Source: Sinorhizobium meliloti
GTDB lineage: Bacteria; Pseudomonadota; Alphaproteobacteria; Rhizobiales; Rhizobiaceae
NCBI RefSeq assembly: GCF_017876815.1
Contig: NZ_JAGIOS010000002.1
Coordinates: 1,500,001-1,532,000 of the forward strand
DNA: 32,000 nucleotides
Direction of reading: 5' to 3'
The notes beneath the pieces are model-generated. The model ran no database searches. It saw only the letters and a program-made list of their open reading frames with translations, and was not told the DNA's origin. Positions 24,873 through 32,000 of the stretch are shown piece after piece; position 1 is the stretch's first letter, and each line of letters begins with the position of its first letter. The position numbers and the translations under genes are program-made.

Positions 24873-26861
24873 ATGTTTTCGAAGCTCCTGATTGCCAATC
24901 GCGGTGAAATCGCCTGCCGCATCCTCCGCACCGCGCGACGGCTCGGCATCCGCACCGTCGCCGTCTATTCCGACGCTGACGGAGACGCGCTGCACGTGGC
25001 GCTCGCCGACGAGGCGATCCGGATCGGGGGGGCGCCCGCCGCCGAAAGCTATCTGGCGAGCGCTCCTATCGTTCAAGCGGCAAGAAGCGTCGGCGCACAA
25101 GCCATTCATCCGGGCTATGGTTTCCTGTCGGAGAACGCCGATTTCGCGGAGGCTGTCGCAGAAGCAGGCATGATATTCGTCGGGCCGCCGCCGGCCGCAA
25201 TCCGCGCCATGGGTCTCAAGGACGCGGCCAAGGCTCTCATGGAACGATCCGGCGTACCGGTCGTGCCCGGCTACCACGGCGAAGAGCAGGATGCACCCTT
25301 TCTTGCCGACAGGGCACGGGAAATCGGCTATCCGGTGCTGATCAAGGCGCGGGCGGGCGGCGGCGGCAAAGGCATGCGCCGGGTCGAGCGGCAGGAGGAT
25401 TTCGGCCCCGCGCTGGAGGCCGCACGGCGGGAGGCCGAATCCGCCTTCGGCGACGGTTCGGTGCTTCTCGAACGCTATCTGACGAAGCCGCGTCACATCG
25501 AGATGCAGGTCTTCGGCGACCGGCACGGCAATATCGTCCACCTCTTCGAGCGCGACTGCTCGCTGCAACGCCGGCATCAGAAGGTGATAGAGGAGGCGCC
25601 GGCGCCCGGCATGACGGCCGAGGTCCGCCGTGCGATGGGGGATGCCGCGGTCAGGGCCGCCCAGGCGATCGGCTATGTCGGTGCAGGCACCGTGGAGTTC
25701 ATCGCCGACGTGACCAACGGCCTCTGGCCGGATCACTTCTATTTCATGGAGATGAACACGCGGCTGCAGGTGGAGCATCCCGTCACGGAAGCGATCACCG
25801 GCATCGATCTCGTGGAATGGCAGTTGCGGGTCGCTAGCGGCGAGCCGCTGCCGAAGAAACAGGCCGATATTTCAATGAACGGCTGGGCCTTCGAGGCGCG
25901 CCTCTATGCGGAGGATCCGGCCCGGGGCTTCCTGCCGGCGACCGGCCGGCTGACGGAATTGAGCTTTCCCGAGGGGACTTCGCGGGTCGATTCCGGCGTC
26001 CGGCAGGGGGATACGATCACGCCCTATTACGATCCGCTGATTGCCAAGTTGATCGTACATGGCCAGAACCGTTCGGCGGCGCTCGGCCGGTTGCAGGATG
26101 CTCTCAAGGAATGCCGCATAGGCGGCACGGTCACGAACCGCGACTTTCTCATCCGCCTGACGGAAGAGCATGATTTCCGCTCTGGCCACCCGGATACGGG
26201 GCTGATCGACCGGGAGATCGAGCGACTGACCGCTCCGGTCGCACCTGGTGACGAGGCGCTGGCGCTGGCGGCGATAGTTTCGATCGGCGCGCTCGACCCG
26301 AATAGGTCGACCGATCCATGGTCGTCGCTCGGCTCCTGGCAGATCTGGGGCGACGCGCACCGCATGGTGGTGATCGCCCATGCGGACGTGCGCGCAACCG
26401 TCACCTTGGCTTCGCGCGGCCGTGACCAGTTCGCCGTGCGTGCCGGTGCGAGCACGCTGCCCGTCCTCGTGCTCGACCGCTTCGAGGGCGGTGCCCGGCT
26501 CGAGGTGGCCGGGCAGAAGCGCCTGATCCGTTTCTCACGGGATCGCGAGGCGTTGACGCTCTTCCATGGCGGGCGCAACCTGGTGTTCCATGTGCCGGAC
26601 GGATTGACCGGCGGGCAGAGCAGCGAGATCGCCGACGACGAGTTGGTCGCGCCGATGCCGGGTCTCGTGAAGCTGGTGCGGGTCGGCGCCGGCGACGCAG
26701 TGACAAAGGGACAGGCGCTTGTCGTGATGGAGGCGATGAAGATGGAACTGACGCTCTCGGCCTCACGCGAGGGCACGATCGCCAATGTGCATGTGGCGGA
26801 AGGCGCTCAGGTCAGCGAGGGCACAGTGCTCGTGACGCTGATGGAGGAGGCTGCGCAATGA
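24873..26861 (+). CDS. mccA: 3-methylcrotonyl-CoA carboxylase alpha subunit (biotin carboxylase + biotin carrier domain)
   Basis: Starts MFSKLLIANRGEIACRI (biotin carboxylase N-terminus). ATP-grasp core. C-terminal biotinyl domain with EAMKM (biotin Lys codon at 26739-26741). ATG 24873 is preceded by AAGAGG. Confidence 0.9.
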   Translation: MFSKLLIANRGEIACRILRTARRLGIRTVAVYSDADGDALHVALADEAIRIGGAPAAESYLASAPIVQAARSVGAQAIHPGYGFLSENADFAEAVAEAGMIFVGPPPAAIRAMGLKDAAKALMERSGVPVVPGYHGEEQDAPFLADRAREIGYPVLIKARAGGGGKGMRRVERQEDFGPALEAARREAESAFGDGSVLLERYLTKPRHIEMQVFGDRHGNIVHLFERDCSLQRRHQKVIEEAPAPGMTAEVRRAMGDAAVRAAQAIGYVGAGTVEFIADVTNGLWPDHFYFMEMNTRLQVEHPVTEAITGIDLVEWQLRVASGEPLPKKQADISMNGWAFEARLYAEDPARGFLPATGRLTELSFPEGTSRVDSGVRQGDTITPYYDPLIAKLIVHGQNRSAALGRLQDALKECRIGGTVTNRDFLIRLTEEHDFRSGHPDTGLIDREIERLTAPVAPGDEALALAAIVSIGALDPNRSTDPWSSLGSWQIWGDAHRMVVIAHADVRATVTLASRGRDQFAVRAGASTLPVLVLDRFEGGARLEVAGQKRLIRFSRDREALTLFHGGRNLVFHVPDGLTGGQSSEIADDELVAPMPGLVKLVRVGAGDAVTKGQALVVMEAMKMELTLSASREGTIANVHVAEGAQVSEGTVLVTLMEEAAQ

Positions 26862-27727
26862 CGTCGCCGGCAAAGGAGCGCGTCACGATTGTCGAGGTGG
26901 CGCCGCGCGACGGTCTTCAAAACGAGTCGCGGCTCGTTGCTACCGAGGACAAGGTCGGGCTCGTCGATCTGCTCTCCGACTGCGGTTACGAGCGCATCGA
27001 AGTAACGAGCTTCGTCAGTCCCCGCTGGGTACCGCAATTGGCCGACGCGCCGGCTGTCATGGCTGGTATCGTCCGGCGGCCGGGCACGCGTTACGCGGCA
27101 CTGACGCCCAATATGCGCGGCTTCGAGGCGGCGCTTGCGGCTAGCGCCGACGAGGTGGCGATCTTTGCCTCGGCGTCGGAAAGCTTCTCCGAAAAGAACA
27201 TCAACTGCTCGATTGCCGAAAGCATCGAGCGTTTTCGGCCGGTCGCCGAGGCAAGCCGGCATCGAGGCGTTCCCCTGCGGGGCTATGTGAGCTGTGTCGT
27301 CGAATGTCCCTATGAGGGCGCGATCGTGCCGGCGGAGACCGCCCGCGTCGCGCGGCTGCTTGCCGACCTCGGCTGCTACGAGATCAGTCTCGGCGACACG
27401 ATCGGGCGCGGCACGCCGGAAGCGGTTGATGCGATGCTGGCCGCGGCGCTCCGCGAGATCGATGCACCGAAACTCGCCGGACATTTCCACGATACGTCCG
27501 GCCGGGCACTGGAGAATATCGCGGTGGCACTGGAGCGCGGTATCAGGGTTTTCGACGCCTCCGCCGGCGGGCTCGGCGGCTGTCCTTATGCGCCGGGAGC
27601 GGCCGGCAATGTCGATACGCTTGCCGTGAACGCCTTTCTCGAGGCGCAGGGTTTTGCCACCGGCCTCAACTCGGAAAAACTCGACCGCGCCGCTGCTTTT
27701 GCACGATCGCTGAGGAGCACAGCATGA
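26858..27727 (+). CDS. hmgL: Hydroxymethylglutaryl-CoA lyase
   Basis: EVAPRDGLQNE signature near the N-terminus, HFHDT, and GGLGGCPYAPGAAGNV near the C-terminus. The ATG overlaps the mccA stop (ATGA); GGAGGAGG lies upstream. Confidence 0.9.
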   Translation: MTSPAKERVTIVEVAPRDGLQNESRLVATEDKVGLVDLLSDCGYERIEVTSFVSPRWVPQLADAPAVMAGIVRRPGTRYAALTPNMRGFEAALAASADEVAIFASASESFSEKNINCSIAESIERFRPVAEASRHRGVPLRGYVSCVVECPYEGAIVPAETARVARLLADLGCYEISLGDTIGRGTPEAVDAMLAAALREIDAPKLAGHFHDTSGRALENIAVALERGIRVFDASAGGLGGCPYAPGAAGNVDTLAVNAFLEAQGFATGLNSEKLDRAAAFARSLRSTA

Positions 27728-28509
27728 CCTTCGATACGATCCGTTGTGCCATCGACCAGCGCGGGGTCGCCCGGGTGACGCTTGCCCGTTCGGAAAAGCA
27801 CAATGCGCTTTCCGCCACCATGATCGGCGAATTGACGGCCGTCGCAGGCCGGCTCGCAACCGATGCATCGATCAGGGCCGTCATTCTCGACGCGGAAGGC
27901 AAGAGTTTCTGTGCCGGCGGCGATCTCGACTGGATGCGTCAGCAGTTTTCCGCCGACCGGCCGACGCGGATTGCCGAGGCGACGCGGCTTGCGATGATGT
28001 TGAAGGCGCTGAACGATCTGCCGAAGCCGCTCATCGCACGCGTGCATGGGAACGCCTTCGGCGGCGGCGTCGGGCTGATCAGCGTCTGCGACACGGTGAT
28101 CGCCGCTTCCGGTGCTCAATTCGGCCTGACCGAAACGCGCCTCGGGCTGATCCCGGCGACGATCAGCCCATATGTCATTGCCCGGACAGGCGAGGCGAGG
28201 GCGCGGCCGCTGTTCATGTCGGCGCGGGTGTTCGGTGCGGAGGAGGCGAAGGTCGCGGGCTTCGTGACGACGGTCGTCGACGGCACCATGCTGGACGGGG
28301 CGGTCGAAGCCGCGGTGACGGCCTATCTCGTCGCGGCTCCGGGCGCTGCCGGGCGGGCGAAGCGGCTTGCGCGGTCGCTGGGCCTTCCCATCACCGACGC
28401 CGTCATCGCCGCAACGATAGAGCAGCTTGCCGATACCTGGGAAACGGACGAAGCACGGGAGGGCGTGTCGGCCTTCTTCGAACGGCGCAATCCCTCCTGG
28501 CGGCAATGA
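27724..28509 (+). CDS. Enoyl-CoA hydratase/crotonase family, methylglutaconyl-CoA hydratase-like
   Basis: Crotonase motifs FCAGGDL and HGNAFGGGVGL. The ATG overlaps the hmgL stop (ATGA). Its position completes the leucine/isovalerate pathway. Confidence 0.8.
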   Translation: MTFDTIRCAIDQRGVARVTLARSEKHNALSATMIGELTAVAGRLATDASIRAVILDAEGKSFCAGGDLDWMRQQFSADRPTRIAEATRLAMMLKALNDLPKPLIARVHGNAFGGGVGLISVCDTVIAASGAQFGLTETRLGLIPATISPYVIARTGEARARPLFMSARVFGAEEAKVAGFVTTVVDGTMLDGAVEAAVTAYLVAAPGAAGRAKRLARSLGLPITDAVIAATIEQLADTWETDEAREGVSAFFERRNPSWRQ

Positions 28510-28534
28510 GCCGAGATTGCGCTTGAATTGATGG

Positions 28535-28583
28535 GAAATCGACCCTATTTTTACAGGGACCCGATCAAACCAGGATCGATTTC
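28535..28583 (+). promoter_or_regulatory. Inverted repeat in the toxin-antitoxin leader (candidate autoregulatory operator or 5-prime UTR structure)
   Basis: GAAATCGA (28535-28542) and TCGATTTC (28576-28583) are perfect 8-bp inverted repeats 33 nt apart. The right arm ends 2 nt before the antitoxin ATG. A nested CCCT(28543-46)/AGGG(28555-58) pair is also present. Confidence 0.3.
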
Positions 28584-28585
28584 TC

Positions 28586-28957
28586 ATGATGGCCGTTGAT
28601 TTCCAGATAGCTGCAGCCCGTTTCGGGGACGATCATTCCCCGTTTCTCTCGGCCCGCCTTGTCGCCGACTGGTTAGGCGTCACGCTCGCCGAACTCGCCA
28701 AGCTGATCGGTGTCGCCCGCAATACGCTGACGGCGAAATCCGGCGCCCGGAAGGTCGACAGCGCCTTGAGCAAGGTCGTCCGCATCCTCGCCATGGCTTC
28801 CGAAATGGCGGGCGACGAAGCCCGCGCCGTCATCTGGTTCAAGCACCAGCCTATCCCCGGCTGGGGCGGCAAGACGGCGTTCGATCTGGTCGGCGAGGGC
28901 AAGGCCGACAAGGTGCTCGCCTATCTCGAATCGGTACGTGCCGGCGTCTACGCTTAA
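28586..28957 (+). CDS. Xre-like antitoxin with MbcA/ParS (DUF2384) toxin-binding domain
   Basis: 123 aa. HTH-like VADWLGVTLAELAKLIGVARNTLTAK, then the DUF2384-type tail AVIWFKHQPIPGWGGKTAFDLVGEGKADKVLAYLESVRAGVYA. It sits directly upstream of a RES-domain gene. Confidence 0.8.
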   Translation: MMAVDFQIAAARFGDDHSPFLSARLVADWLGVTLAELAKLIGVARNTLTAKSGARKVDSALSKVVRILAMASEMAGDEARAVIWFKHQPIPGWGGKTAFDLVGEGKADKVLAYLESVRAGVYA

Positions 28958-28963
28958 GACGGG

Positions 28964-29518
28964 ATGAGGAAACACATTCCGCCCGCATCGCGACCCGATT
29001 CGGAACCGACGTCGCCGGTCGAGCCGATAACGCTCTGGCGCGCCTTCGTTCCGCGCTGGGCACATATGCCGCTATCCGGCGCGGGTGCCGCTCGCTTCGG
29101 TGGCCGCTGGAACCCGATCGGCATGCCTGCGATTTATGCTGCGCGCGAGCTTTCCACTGCCTGGGCTGAATATAATCAGGGTTTCGTCCAGCATCCGGCG
29201 CTCATCGTGCAGCTCGAGTTGCGCGGGGCGAGGCTCGCGGACCTCACGGATGCCAGCGTTCTTCTGGAGCTTGGTGTGGATGAGGCGATCCATCGCTGCG
29301 AATGGCGTGATGCGCTCGACAAAGGCGCGGTGCCGGAGACCCACAGGCTGCAGTCGGAGCTTCTGGCGCGCGACTATCACGGGGTGATCTATCCATCCTT
29401 CATGTCGCCCGGCGGCACCTGCGTCGCGCTCTGGCGCTGGAACGGTGCGGAAGAACCGCGTCTCGACGTCATCGATCCCGATGGCCGGCTGCCGAAATCG
29501 CCCGCCTCATGGGTTTGA
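28964..29518 (+). CDS. RES-domain toxin (MbcT/ParT/Res family)
   Basis: 184 aa. Candidate R-E-S triad residues in order: GAARFGGRWNP (Arg), STAWAEYNQ (Glu), GVIYPSFMSPGG (Ser). Starts 6 nt after the antitoxin stop. Confidence 0.8.
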   Translation: MRKHIPPASRPDSEPTSPVEPITLWRAFVPRWAHMPLSGAGAARFGGRWNPIGMPAIYAARELSTAWAEYNQGFVQHPALIVQLELRGARLADLTDASVLLELGVDEAIHRCEWRDALDKGAVPETHRLQSELLARDYHGVIYPSFMSPGGTCVALWRWNGAEEPRLDVIDPDGRLPKSPASWV

Positions 29519-29552
29519 GCCCAAAAAGTGCCCTCATCCGGCCTGCCGGCCA

Positions 29553-29628
29553 CCTTCTCCCCGCAGGCGGGGCGAAGGGGACTAGCAGCGCCGACTTCGT
29601 CCCCTCTCCCCGTTCGACGGGGAGAGGG
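29553..29628. repeat. RIME/REP-like intergenic element with two GC-rich hairpins (approximate core; the element may span ~29530-29645)
   Basis: Hairpin 1, 29553-29578: CCTTCTCCCCG / CGGGGCGAAGG, 10 of 11 pairs, loop cagg. Hairpin 2, 29602-29628: CCCTCTCCCCG / CGGGGAGAGGG, 11 perfect pairs, loop ttcga. Followed by TTAGGGTGAGGGG. It lies between convergent genes. From memory, this sequence style recurs in rhizobial intergenic regions. Confidence 0.5.
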
Positions 29629-29653
29629 TTAGGGTGAGGGGCAAATTTCCACG

Positions 29654-31024
29654 CTAAATCGAGCCCAGCACCTTGCCGGGATTGAGAATGCCGTTCGGGT
29701 CGAGCGCATTCTTGATGCGCCGCATGAGTTCGAGTTCCGCCGGACTGCGGGAGCGATCGAGAAAGTCGCGCTTCACGAGGCCGATCCCGTGCTCGGCCGA
29801 TACCGAGCCGCTATAGATGCCGACCAGTCCGTAGACGACGGCGTCGACCGCGTGCGCCGTTTCCTCGGTTGCGCCCGGAACGGAAAAGGCGATGTGAAGG
29901 TTGCTGTCGCCGACATGGCCGAAGAACGACACGTGCGCTTCGGGGAACTTGGCCCGAAGCGCCTTGCCGCATTCGTCGGCGAAGCGGCCGATTTCGCCGA
30001 TCGGCAGGCTGACATCGAAGTTGAGGAGCAGGGGCAGCCGGTCCAGCGCGTGGCCCTCGCGGATACGCCAGAAGGTTTGAACCTCCTTTTGCGATTGCGC
30101 GATCAGCGCGTCGTCGATCACGCCGTCCTCCAGGGCTCGCCCGAGAAACGCTTCGAACCGTTCGCGTTCCGCTTCATGGCCTTGCAGGTCCTCTTCCACG
30201 ATGACTGCGAAAGCGGGAGTGGCTTCGAAGAGCCTGAGCCCTTCGGCCACACAATTGAAACGGAAATAGCTCTCCCATATTGCCTCATATGCGGAGAGGC
30301 CGGCGAGTTCCTTCTGTGCCCGCTTGAGCAGGGCGACGACATTCTCATAGCTGTCGAGCGCGCAGAGCGCCGTCAGCCGCCCGGCCGGTAGCGGGCGCAG
30401 GCGCAGCACCGCCCGCGTGATAATGCCGAGCGTGCCTTCCGAACCGATGAAGAGCTGCCGCAGGTCGTAGCCGGTGTTGTTCTTGATCATCTTGTTCATC
30501 GACGAAAGCACGGTTCCGTCGGCAAGAACGGCCTCGAGCCCCAGCACATTGTCGCGCGCCACACCGTTGCGGATGACCCGGATGCCGCCGGCATTCGTGG
30601 CCAGATTGCCGCCGACCTGGCAGGAGCCGCGGGCCCCTAGATCGATCGGCAACAGGAAACCCGCATCCTCGGCCGCGCGCTGGGCGACTTCGAGAGGTGT
30701 TCCGGCGAGAACCGTCATCGTACCCGCCGCAGCATCGATCTCCTCGATGCCGGAAAGTCTCTCCAGCGAAATGGCAACGTCGCCAGCGCACGGATTGGCG
30801 CCGCCGGCGAGCCCGGTCAAGCCGCCCTGCGGCACCACGGCCTGGCGATGCGCGTTGCAGATCCTCAGCGCGTCGGCGACCTCGGCAACGCTCGCCGGGC
30901 GAACGACCGCCAAAGGGAGAATCCGGCCCGTGAGGCTCGCATCACCGCGGTGACGTTCGGCGATCCGGTCGCCGGTGAGCACGGCATCGCCGAGTGCGCT
31001 CGTGAGATCATCGATAACAGACAT
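29654..31024 (-). CDS. FAD-binding oxidoreductase (GlcD / D-lactate or D-2-hydroxyacid dehydrogenase-like, FAD_binding_4 + FAD-oxidase_C)
   Basis: AVVPQGGLTGLAGGA (FAD_binding_4), NAGGIRV, C-terminal GSVSAEHGIGLVKRDFL and LDPNGILNPGK. ATG at 31024 (MSVIDDL...); the upstream part of ORF 29654-31081 was trimmed. Confidence 0.85.
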   Translation of the reverse strand: MSVIDDLTSALGDAVLTGDRIAERHRGDASLTGRILPLAVVRPASVAEVADALRICNAHRQAVVPQGGLTGLAGGANPCAGDVAISLERLSGIEEIDAAAGTMTVLAGTPLEVAQRAAEDAGFLLPIDLGARGSCQVGGNLATNAGGIRVIRNGVARDNVLGLEAVLADGTVLSSMNKMIKNNTGYDLRQLFIGSEGTLGIITRAVLRLRPLPAGRLTALCALDSYENVVALLKRAQKELAGLSAYEAIWESYFRFNCVAEGLRLFEATPAFAVIVEEDLQGHEAERERFEAFLGRALEDGVIDDALIAQSQKEVQTFWRIREGHALDRLPLLLNFDVSLPIGEIGRFADECGKALRAKFPEAHVSFFGHVGDSNLHIAFSVPGATEETAHAVDAVVYGLVGIYSGSVSAEHGIGLVKRDFLDRSRSPAELELMRRIKNALDPNGILNPGKVLGSI

Positions 31025-31135
31025 GGAACGGTTTCTACCGCAGGATTCATTTGATCGGAACCGATTAATTCGGCAGATCAAAGCCCGGCGTGTAGACCGC
31101 GCGTAACCGCGCTTCCGCAGCCCAGGTTCACCGCC

Positions 31136-32000
31136 TCACGTGCCGGTGGCTGCGAGCACGGGCGCCTCCGCCTCTATCGGCGGTGCCGCCGCCTTCTGTC
31201 CCCCCTTGCGGAATAGCTTCCATCGCGTCGGCCGGAAGGCGATGCGCGTGTGGTCGGTGGAGGCGGCGCGTTCCGGCGGGAGTTCGATCTCGACCGGAGG
31301 GTGGGTACGTCCGAGATCGAGTTCCAGATGCCGGGTGCCAGCCACGCGCCGGCTGGCCGTGACCAGGCCGGCGAGGCAACCGCCGCAGCCGTCGATGAGT
31401 TCCACGTCGTGCGGGCGGAAATAGAGGGTTGCGGGGCCGTCCGGCTCGTTCCCGGCACGAAGGCCGATCGGGCGGTCCTCGTGCCAGATTTCACCATTGG
31501 CGAGGGTGACGTCGAGGCAGTTCGACTGGCCGATGAAGCCGTAGACGAAGGGCGAGACCGGATGGTCATAGATCTCGTCGGGCGTGCCGACCTGCTCGAT
31601 CGCGCCCTTGCTCATCACGACGACGCGGTCGGCAAGCTCGAGTGCTTCCTCCTGGTCGTGGGTGACGAAGATCGTCGTGTGGCCGGTGCGGTCGTGGATT
31701 TCGCGCAGCCACCGCCTCAGCTCCTTGCGCACCTGCGCATCGAGCGCGCCGAAAGGCTCGTCGAGGAGCAGAACGTTGGGTTCGACGGCCATGGCGCGGG
31801 CGAGTGCGACGCGTTGGCGCTGCCCGCCGGAAAGCTGGGCCGGGTAGCGTTTCTCCAGCCCGGAGAGCTGCACCAGTTCCAGCAGGTCGAGCGCCCTGCG
31901 GCGGATGTCGGCAGCCGCCGGCCGCAGTTTGGCGGGCCGCACCTTCAGACCGAAGGCGACGTTGTCGAGCACCGTCATGTGGCGGAAAAGCGCGTAATGC
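31136..32000 (-). CDS. cysA: Sulfate/thiosulfate ABC transporter ATP-binding protein, 3-prime portion (N-terminus outside the window)
   Basis: The reading frame stays open to the window edge (...[17 protein letters not shown]). Signature [14 protein letters not shown], Walker [20 protein letters not shown], and a CysA-type C-terminal domain. Confidence 0.8.
   Translation of the reverse strand, partial: HYALFRHMTVLDNVAFGLKVRPAKLRPAAADIRRRALDLLELVQLSGLEKRYPAQLSGGQRQRVALARAMAVEPNVLLLDEPFGALDAQVRKELRRWLREIHDRTGHTTIFVTHDQEEALELADRVVVMSKGAIEQVGTPDEIYDHPVSPFVYGFIGQSNCLDVTLANGEIWHEDRPIGLRAGNEPDGPATLYFRPHDVELIDGCGGCLAGLVTASRRVAGTRHLELDLGRTHPPVEIELPPERAASTDHTRIAFRPTRWKLFRKGGQKAAAPPIEAEAPVLAATGT

Noticed and set aside
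31051-31081. TTGATC...GATCAA, considered as an FNR/FixK anaerobox
   Set aside because: The half-site spacing is 19 nt rather than 4, so it is not a canonical anaerobox. Reported only as a generic inverted repeat.
1-32000. Search for CRISPR arrays, tRNA/rRNA genes, IS elements, integrases and known defence-system genes
   Set aside because: No regularly spaced direct repeats, no cloverleaf-like or rRNA-like segments, and no transposase, integrase, nuclease, helicase or methylase-type ORFs could be supported in any frame. Apart from the RES-Xre pair, the window looks metabolic.

Overview
High-GC (roughly 60-65% by eye), densely coding alphaproteobacterial sequence that looks Rhizobiaceae-like. 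From memory the gene order resembles the Sinorhizobium/Ensifer pSymB chromid; I could not verify this. The window is a mosaic of catabolic operons. I found no tRNA, rRNA, CRISPR array, IS element, integrase or phage gene. Left to right: (1) 1-5186 (+): the 3-prime end of an argininosuccinate-lyase-family gene, coupled to a polar-amino-acid ABC transporter (permease, ATPase, binding protein), an MmgE/PrpD-family protein and a CE4 deacetylase. (2) 5233-17319: a complete non-phosphorylative L-fucose-type pathway. It has a COG3618 lactonase and an IclR regulator on the minus strand. Divergent from these are a sugar ABC transporter, an MR-subgroup enolase-superfamily dehydratase, a RhaM-type mutarotase, a Gfo/Idh/MocA dehydrogenase, a MaoC hot-dog protein, an SDR, an FAH-family hydrolase and L-fuconate dehydratase. 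(3) 17364-20690 (-): the nasS-nasT nitrate-sensing antiterminator pair, a stand-alone tfuA-like gene and an XRE regulator. (4) A gluconokinase. (5) 21660-28509 (+): a leucine/isovalerate (liu) operon with an embedded RidA gene. (6) 28586-29518: a RES-Xre toxin-antitoxin pair. (7) A RIME/REP-like double-hairpin repeat. (8) A GlcD-like FAD oxidase and the 3-prime part of cysA. I do not see a convincing new multi-gene system such as a defence island. The most unexplained items are the orphan TfuA gene with no YcaO partner, the lyase + MmgE/PrpD + deacetylase + transporter operon of unknown substrate, and the MaoC protein and second enolase-family dehydratase that the canonical fucose pathway does not need. 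All family calls come from reading motifs in the supplied translations; no database search was run. The ORF track uses ATG/GTG/TTG starts, so several starts were re-picked from ribosome-binding-site context.
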